Origin: Nemertoderma westbladi
Lineage: Eukaryota > Animalia > Xenacoelomorpha
Reading direction: 5' to 3'
DNA: 64,000 nucleotides
NCBI GenBank assembly: GCA_032718475.1
Contig: JAUCBJ010001168.1
Span: 1 to 64,000, forward strand
The notes under the pieces are model-generated. The model did no database searches. It worked only from the letters and a program-made list of their open reading frames with translations, and was not told the origin of the DNA. Within the stretch, counting starts at the first letter, position 1, and each line of letters opens with the position of its first letter. Made by a program: the position numbers and the translations under genes. Positions 56,664-64,000 of this stretch are shown here, piece by piece.

Positions 56664-58977
56664 TATAATATAATGTATATTTTTCCAAAACAAGTTGGGC
56701 CGATTCAATAACAAGTTGCACACTTATGTGGAATCGTCTCGGCCAGAATAATTACAAACTGGTAAGGCACGCAATACAAATATACAATATATAAATGATA
56801 TACATAACGTAACTAATACTTAATACTATACAGTTACAATACACTTACCATGCACATAGCCCCATACAATACACACTCGATACATCCATACAATACACAC
56901 TGTCCCCCCCAGAAACCCTCTGCCAATCCCGCTGCACCCCACCCACATCCCACCCTGAATGGGGAGAAACCCGACCCGCTCGCCGCATTAAGTCGCTGGT
57001 GTCACAAATGTGCTTTTAAGCCAGGTATGGCGAAAATAATAAGTTGAGTGTAATAGTCTTCACCTGGGAAAATAACCACGAATCACGATTGAGTGGTGCA
57101 CAATAACATTTGTTTAATATTAATGCAATTTTTGAATAATTTTGACAAGATATGCCACACCATCACCCACTTCTTAGTAAAATACGAAAAGCAAGATAAA
57201 ACATTCTGACTGGGACAATGAAAAAAAGAAAATGAAAAAATAAGGAATATTAGTAACCCAGCGAATTAAACCTGTTTGTTGCCTCGATAAAAGTTGCGAC
57301 AGCCGAAATAAGGACAAGTGCTTTAGATGCAACGATGCTGGGGGTGCCAGTAGGTCCATGTAAGATAACATGAACCGAAAAACGGAGGTCAAGTTGTAAC
57401 ATGGACTGATTAAGTACCAATCGAGGGCCAGTGTACCCCGTGCATTCCATAAAATAGTGGTACACATCTTCGCAGGGATGGCCGCACCCACAAGTTCTAT
57501 AACTAGTAACCTTTGCACGAAATAAGTCGTCTTTTAAAGACGAACAGATGCATCGCATACGAGCAAGCAGGCCGTTAATTTTTGGGCTACCGAGCAAGTA
57601 GTATGATGGCACTGCTGCGGATGGGTAAAGGTGATTACTTGCTAAATTTTTAAAACTATTAGCAGATGTTGCATTACGTATATTATCCGGTAAGTCGTTC
57701 CATATTCGTATGGAAGATAGTAAAAATGAATTTTTAAAGTAATTATTCCGAGCAAAAGGTACCCTATAATTATCTCGATTTCTTGTACAATATGGGGAAG
57801 ACTGGGCCAAGGTTTCCGGAAGTAATTCGCGCAGATGTGGGGGAGCTGAATTTTTTGTCATTTTATATAGAATAATTAATTTTTGAATTGTCCTTCTATT
57901 TTGTAGGGTCGATATTCCAGATTCAGTATATAAACTGACAGTTGAACAAGAAATGGTTAATCGACATATTATCCTAATGGCTTCCTTATTTATCAGCTCC
58001 AGTTTATACTTTAGTTCGTTAGAACAATTGTCCCACACTGGCCCTGCATACTCCAGACCAGAACGAATAAACGCCACATATATTTTGAGAAGTGCTGCCC
58101 TATCTACTTTATATTTAACAGCGCGCAACATATTTAGTCTAAGCGAAGCTTTAGTAATAATATCTTTAATATGAGCATCCCATGTTAAATCAGACGATAT
58201 TGTACACCCAAGATGTTTATGACTCTTAACTTCTTCAATTATGTCATTATTCAAATAAAGGATACCATGTTCAATATGCCTAACCTGTTTGTGGGAGACC
58301 AACATTGCCCCAGTTTTTGAAGCGTTATATGTGACTAACCATTTTTTGCCCCAATCAAAAACATTAGCCAGATCGGCATTAAGAGCCGCCGTGGCTACAC
58401 TAGGTTCCCCCACAATAACGTACAGATATGTATCATCCGCAAATAACTTTACTTTAGAACTAACAATATCGACAATGTCATTAATAAAAACTAAAAATAA
58501 CAATGGACCTAGCACAGAACCTTGTGGAACCCCTGCAAGCGTTAATAACCACGTGGACTGACACCCATTAATTAAGACGCACTGCATATTGTTGGATAAA
58601 TAACTTTGAAACCATTTCAACAGAGAGCCTGATATCCCCATCCGCTCTAGTTTATGTAGTAGTGCGGCATGATGAACCTTGTCAAATGCTTTACTGACAT
58701 CGAGAAATACCAATCTTACCTCTTTACCCTTGTCAACGGCACTAACCAACTCGTGGTACAATGTAAGTAATTGGTAAACACATCCGTCCCCGCGGCTGAA
58801 ACCAGATTGAAATTTTGTTATATAACCCTTTATATGATTGAATACGTATTTAAATATAATGCGTTCGAAAAGTTTACCAAGGCAGCTCGTTAGGGGCACT
58901 GGCCTATAATTAAGACATTCAAATCGTAAACCTTTTTTAAAAACCGGGGTAACGAACCTTTTTTTCCAAGATGCGGG
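56664..58977 (-). mobile_element. 5'-truncated CR1-group LINE inserted into the 28-bp satellite
   Basis: Open RT ORF plus about 590-bp 3' UTR and AT-rich tail; 5' end falls at PASWKK..VTPVFKKG; CAGCTA on both sides (56658-56663, 58978-58983). Confidence 0.92.
57250..58977 (-). CDS. CR1-type ORF2 C-terminal part: reverse transcriptase and CCHC zinc knuckle
   Basis: QSGFSRG, FLDVSKAFDKV, GVPQGSVLGPLLFLVFINDI, LFADD, HKHLG and C-terminal CGCGHPCEDVYHYFMEC; 549 codons with no stop in the ORF track, homology extends upstream to the junction. Confidence 0.9.
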   Translation of the reverse strand, partial: PASWKKRFVTPVFKKGLRFECLNYRPVPLTSCLGKLFERIIFKYVFNHIKGYITKFQSGFSRGDGCVYQLLTLYHELVSAVDKGKEVRLVFLDVSKAFDKVHHAALLHKLERMGISGSLLKWFQSYLSNNMQCVLINGCQSTWLLTLAGVPQGSVLGPLLFLVFINDIVDIVSSKVKLFADDTYLYVIVGEPSVATAALNADLANVFDWGKKWLVTYNASKTGAMLVSHKQVRHIEHGILYLNNDIIEEVKSHKHLGCTISSDLTWDAHIKDIITKASLRLNMLRAVKYKVDRAALLKIYVAFIRSGLEYAGPVWDNCSNELKYKLELINKEAIRIICRLTISCSTVSLYTESGISTLQNRRTIQKLIILYKMTKNSAPPHLRELLPETLAQSSPYCTRNRDNYRVPFARNNYFKNSFLLSSIRIWNDLPDNIRNATSANSFKNLASNHLYPSAAVPSYYLLGSPKINGLLARMRCICSSLKDDLFRAKVTSYRTCGCGHPCEDVYHYFMECTGYTGPRLVLNQSMLQLDLRFSVHVILHGPTGTPSIVASKALVLISAVATFIEATNRFNSLGY

Positions 58978-60370
58978 CAGCTAACATTTAATGTATTACC
59001 TAGACCAGCTAACATTTAATGTATTACCTAGAACAGCTAATATTTAATTTATTACCTAGAACAGCTAACATTTAATGTATTACCTAGACCAGCTAACATT
59101 TAATGTATTACCTAGAACAGCTAACATTTAATGTATTACCTAGAACAGCTAACAGTTAATGTATTACCTAGAACAGCTAACATTTAATGTATTACCTAGA
59201 ACAGCTAACAGTTAATGTATTACCTAGACCAGCTAACATTTAATGTATTACCTAGAACAGCTAACATTTAATGTATTACCTAGAACAGCTAATATTTAAT
59301 TTATTACCTAGAACAGCTAACATTTAATGTATTACCTAGACCAGCTAACATTTAATGTATTACCTAGAACAGCTAACATTTAATGTATTACCTAGAACAG
59401 CTAACAGTTAATGTATTACCTAGAACAGCTAACATTTAATGTATTACCTAGAACAGCTAACAGTTAATGTATTACCTAGACCAGCTAACATTTAATGTAT
59501 TACCTAGAACAGCTAACATTTAATGTATTACCTAGAACAGCTAACATTTAATGTATTACCTAGAACAGCTAACATTTAATGTATTACCTAGAACAGCTAA
59601 CAGTTAATTTATTACCTAGAACAGCACACATTTAACGCATTACCTAGAACAGCTAACATTTAACGTATTACCTAGAACAGCTAACAGTTAATGTATTACC
59701 TAGACCAGCTAACATTTAATGTATTACCTAGAACAGCTAACATTTAACGTATTACCTAGAACAGCTAACAGTTAATGTATTACCTAGACCAGCTAACATT
59801 TAATGTATTACCTAGAACAGCTAACATTTAATGTATTACCTAGAACAGCTAACATTTAATGTATTACCTAGAACAGCTAACAGTTAATGTATTACCTAGA
59901 ACAGCTAACATTTAATGTATTGCCTAGAACAGCTAACGTTTAATGTATTACCTAGAACAGCTAACATTTAATGTATTACCTAGAACAGCTAACATTTAAC
60001 GTATTACCTAGAACAGCTAACATTTAATGTATTACCTAGAACAGCTAACATTTAATGTATTACCTAGAACAGCTAACATTTAATGTATTACCTAGAACAG
60101 CTAACATTTAATGTATTACCTAGACCAGCTAACATTTAATGTATTACCTAGAACAGCTAACATGTAATGTATTACCTAGAACAGCTAACATTTAATGTAT
60201 TACCTAGAACAGCTAACATTTAATGTATTACCTAGACCAGCTAACGTTTAATGTATTACCTAGAACAGCTAACATTTAATGTATTACCTAGACCAGCTAA
60301 CGTTTAATGTATTACCTAGAACAGCTAACATTTAATGTATTACCTAGAACAGCTAACATTTAATGTATTA
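58978..60370. repeat. 28-bp satellite, right block, about 50 copies
   Basis: Same unit and orientation as 48993-56663; abrupt end at 60370. Confidence 0.99.
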
Positions 60371-61699
60371 TGTAAAAGCTTCTGTGGGATATAACTGGCC
60401 CCTTTGCTTCGCAATCCAGTTTCCCCCCAGGCGCTGGAATACTCTAAAAAGGTTCTCTAACTGTATATATATTCCCCTCGCCCTCAAGGTACCGTTACAG
60501 GTGTTTTAACGGACATAAAAGGCATTCTGCTATCTACGTGTTTTAGCGGACATGGTAAGACAAAAAACCTGCAATGCGACAAATACCTTTCATAGCTTAG
60601 CCGTGATGATTCATATTACGACATCTAACAGCTGGTTGCTGACATGGAAACAGCCATTGGACGCATGGTTCTTTGTTTGGCTTGAACCAATCAGAGCGAT
60701 TTTTCCTGTCGACGTGTAGCTTTTCGGTCGATCATAAGGAGTGTGTTCAGTCTTACAGTTTTTACTTGATACTTTGTTGTTATTGCTGTCTAGGCCAGGA
60801 ACAACGGCTCTAGAATCAATTCGTTTCATACTTTTAGAAGAAACATTAGTAGGCTTAAATTATAGAGCGTATGACTGTTATCGATTCATATCAATGCATA
60901 ACAATACTTTGTTCACATCTTGTCATATCATATCTTAACTTACCGTCCTAATGCTGTTTACTGTTGTGTTTTGGTTGAATATTATTTGGAGAACATATAT
61001 AAAGAACCCAAATTTCCCAATTTTCTTGATACACTACAGGTTAGAGAGACGGGTTATATATAGCGATTGCGACTTATATTATTGTGGTTTGTAGTGAATT
61101 TAATGCTATTTGATAAGCACTACATTGGTCCTTGCTGTTCTCTCTATATATGATAAAATTCATTGACGGTCGGCAAATTAGTGAGCAGTATTGTGTGTTA
61201 CCGGTAGTGTGCATGATTGTGATTGATAACTAAGCATTTCCTAAAGAATGCGCCTCATACGTGAATCTTAAGCCTTACCGACTTACCGTTGTGATTAGTA
61301 TAAGTCATATCTCGGTTTACTTAGATAGAGCGCCACGTCCTAAAGGAACTGTTAATATTTCCCGAAAGTGAATAATATTAGTCAGAAATTAATTATTAAC
61401 GATCAATCGAATAATACAATACAGTAAGCTTCACTGCAATAATAATTTAAGCCCTCAGAATCCAGTCTCCCGGGATTATCCAGCGTGTGAATGGACGCGC
61501 ACTAGGCTGGCTTCTGCTAATGTTGTGTTTATTGGTATTAAATATTTGTCATCTTCTAAAGTATATTTATAAACCAAAAGACATATAAATTTTGGCGGGT
61601 TAAACTGCTAAAGGTCTTCCAAAAGCGCGTACAATAACAGTCATTGACTTTATTGCAGTAAGCAATAAAGTTGAAAGTACCGGTCAACCGGTAAACCGG

Positions 61700-61826
61700 A
61701 ACCGGTACTTCTGTAGGTCAGTAGGCCCAACTGCCAGAACCGGTACTGCTGTAGGTCCGTAGGTCCAACTGTCAGAACCGGTACTTCTGTAGGTCTGTAG
61801 GCCCAACTGTCCTAACCGGTACTTCC
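61700..61826. repeat. 38-bp tandem repeat, about 3.3 copies (AACCGGTACTTCTGTAGGTCAGTAGGCCCAACTGCCAG)
   Basis: AACCGGTACT at 61700, 61738, 61776 and 61814. Confidence 0.92.
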
Positions 61827-61997
61827 AGTATAAGTACATTAGTATTATTTCGATTGTGATCTATAGTATATTGTAGGCTACCAGAGGAATAGGGATTGAT
61901 CACCCCTCATTCTTTTGTATAGTTTACTTATTTCTGTCAGTTTTATTTCCTAGTAAGTTAATATTGAGCTGAAGACGTGTAAGTCTGCTCAGATTGT

Positions 61998-62580
61998 TCA
62001 GATAATTGTAGGCCAGACTGTTGTCGGATTGTTGTTGAGTTTGGAGAGATTACGGCGTGTGTAGAGTTTGTCCGATAGAGTGCCAGTTAGTAAGTTGGGG
62101 CAGCCATCGCTGTAAGGTCAATCCCCTCTTAAAGAATAAGTCGTACTACCGTGTTAGAACGCATACTAACTAACAATTTTGGAATCTGCACATACTGTAG
62201 TTTATTTAGGCTTGACAGTATTCTGCCAGCGTTTTGGCTTGTGTTTGTTTGTGTGGTCTGTTCAGATACCGTAATAGTTATTACTCAGATATTTTGTAGG
62301 CTGGATTGTTGTCTAGCTATTATTAGGTCTGAAGAGATTGCTGCTTGTGTAGAGTTTGTCTGATAAAGTGCCAGTTAGTAAGTTGGGGCAGTCATAACTG
62401 TAAGGTCAATCCCCTCTTAAAGAATAAGTCGTACTACCGTGTTAGAACGCATACTAACTAACCGTTTTGGAATCTGCACATACAGTAGTTTATTTAGGCT
62501 TGGTGGTAGTCTGCCAGCATTTGGTTTGTATTTTGTTTGAGTATTCTGTACGGGTAGCGTAATATTTATTATTCAGAGTT
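61998..62580. repeat. Diverged tandem duplication, period about 288 bp
   Basis: GTAGAGTTTGTC..GTGCCAGTTAGTAAGTTGGGGCAG..GTAAGGTCAATCCCCTCTTAAAGAATAAGTCGTACTACCGTGTTAGAACGCATACTAACTAAC starts at 62061 and 62349. Confidence 0.9.
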
Positions 62581-63512
62581 TATGCGATTATTCGCAACAT
62601 TCATGTCCCCAAGTTTATTCCTACAGTAATTGTGTTTGTTACACATACCGTTATAGTTAAATTAACCCCGGTACTACACGGGCTGCTTGGCGTAGGACAA
62701 GACTGGTGACTTTGTGCTCTGGTCACTCCAGCAGATGCCGTGGTTCTTTTAACTGTTCAAGTATATTTAACTACTGATTATTTGTTGTACCAGTACTTGT
62801 ACCTAATTTAGGGTTTAGTGTACAGTGCTTTCCGAAGTAATTAGTGTGTAGGCAGTATATTTGTGTTGTAAAGTGGTTAATAGGCACGCTGGATCTGGTA
62901 GTCCGCGGTAATTAACTTCTAGGTAGGAACACTCCGTGATACATAACGTAGTACCTATAGCGATACGGTTATAGGTTGTCAGGCGGTGGTATTTTCCTAT
63001 CTGGACAGTGCAATATATTTACTACTACTTATTATTTTCAAATACCGTAGTACCCTGTCCGTTGTAATAACCAGAATTCTAACCCTTTGTTAGACTGGTT
63101 TGTAGACTTCCTGTAAAATTACCCTAAAAATTCGTATGTAATATTTTGTTGTGTTTAATTAGAGATTTAATCTCACCCGTATCGTAAGTAATTTGTAGTA
63201 TTAAGTAACTTAGGTAAATTAGAATTATCTGTTTTAGTGTCCCATAAATAGCACTTCACTGAGAGCGCACAGCTTCTGTGTAGTGACCCCCCAGAAATAA
63301 TAACATTTATTTCAAATATTGACAAAACCCTTTTAAACGGGTATATATATATTATAAATCAACTCAAACAATTTATAAATAGTAGGCCTGCCATACAACA
63401 ACTAGGTCTCAAAATCAGTTGGACTACTGCTTAAATAACGGTAACAAAGTAAGTTAAAGTAACCAAGTAACCCTAAAATATTCAGAAATTCAATTATTCT
63501 AAAAATAATTGA

Positions 63513-63765
63513 CATACCGGTATTTACCATAGGCTTATTATATTTATTTCTATAAATTTGAGCTGAAATCATACTGGTATTCTGTAATTAATTCTAGTTC
63601 ATAATTATACTTATATATACTATAAGTGTAAGCTGCATACCGGTATTCACGATAGGCCTATTATATATTTATATATATTTGTGCTAAAATTATATACCGG
63701 TACTCTGTGACAAATCTAGTCTGTAATAATACTTATATATATACTATAAGCATACCGGTATTCTA
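63513..63765. repeat. Diverged AT-rich tandem repeat, about 120-bp unit, 2 copies plus a partial
   Basis: CATACCGGTATT at 63513, 63636 and 63751, with shared ATAGGC.TATTATATTT and ATACTTATATATA..CTATAAG segments. Confidence 0.8.
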
Positions 63766-64000
63766 ATATATTATATATATATCACGCTACACTGAGTAGC
63801 AGTATCGGTAATTAATTGTTAGGCTAACAGTGATACTGAATTACTAGACTTACTTTAACTGTATTTATAGCCGTAGGCATTCAACTGTGTAAACAAACAT
63901 GTCAGACGCAACCCAATCACTGTCAGATAGTCTCTTAGAAAGTGTTAGAATGAGTATTAGACTTAGACAGCGTATTAAAAGGATCTGTGACCAAGATCAA

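Noticed and set aside
48993-60370. CRISPR array (28-bp partly palindromic repeat; also the 43-bp repeat)
   Set aside because: Units are head-to-tail with no unique spacers, there are no cas genes, and the context is eukaryotic.
61030-61100. Candidate third exon after ACTACAG|
   Set aside because: In the required phase it hits TAG immediately and shows no EGF cysteine pattern.

Overview
Animal (probably invertebrate) nuclear DNA, heterochromatin-like, with no prokaryotic features. Bases 1-36040 are one AT-rich satellite (18-bp unit ATATATTTTATGTATCGG plus a 22-bp ACAT-insertion variant) with nested higher-order repeats. The giant + strand ORFs there are artefacts of a unit that lacks stop codons. 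The array is joined through a 20-bp templated copy to a decayed, truncated BEL/Pao LTR retrotransposon (minus strand, about 36041-41040). A 43-bp minisatellite follows, possibly amplified from LINE RT coding sequence. The only convincing host gene starts at 42377: two intact exons encode signal peptide + EGF-like + nidogen G2F beta-barrel, with no NIDO domain. Its introns hold RTE-like and CR1-like LINE fragments and about 9 kb of a second, 28-bp satellite, which is interrupted by a 5'-truncated CR1-like LINE with an open ORF. The last 3.6 kb is unclassified repeat-rich sequence. Best leads: the NIDO-less nidogen-like gene, palindrome-perfecting variants in both satellites, and templated junctions between arrays and broken retroelements. 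Family assignments come from motif recognition by eye, not database searches.
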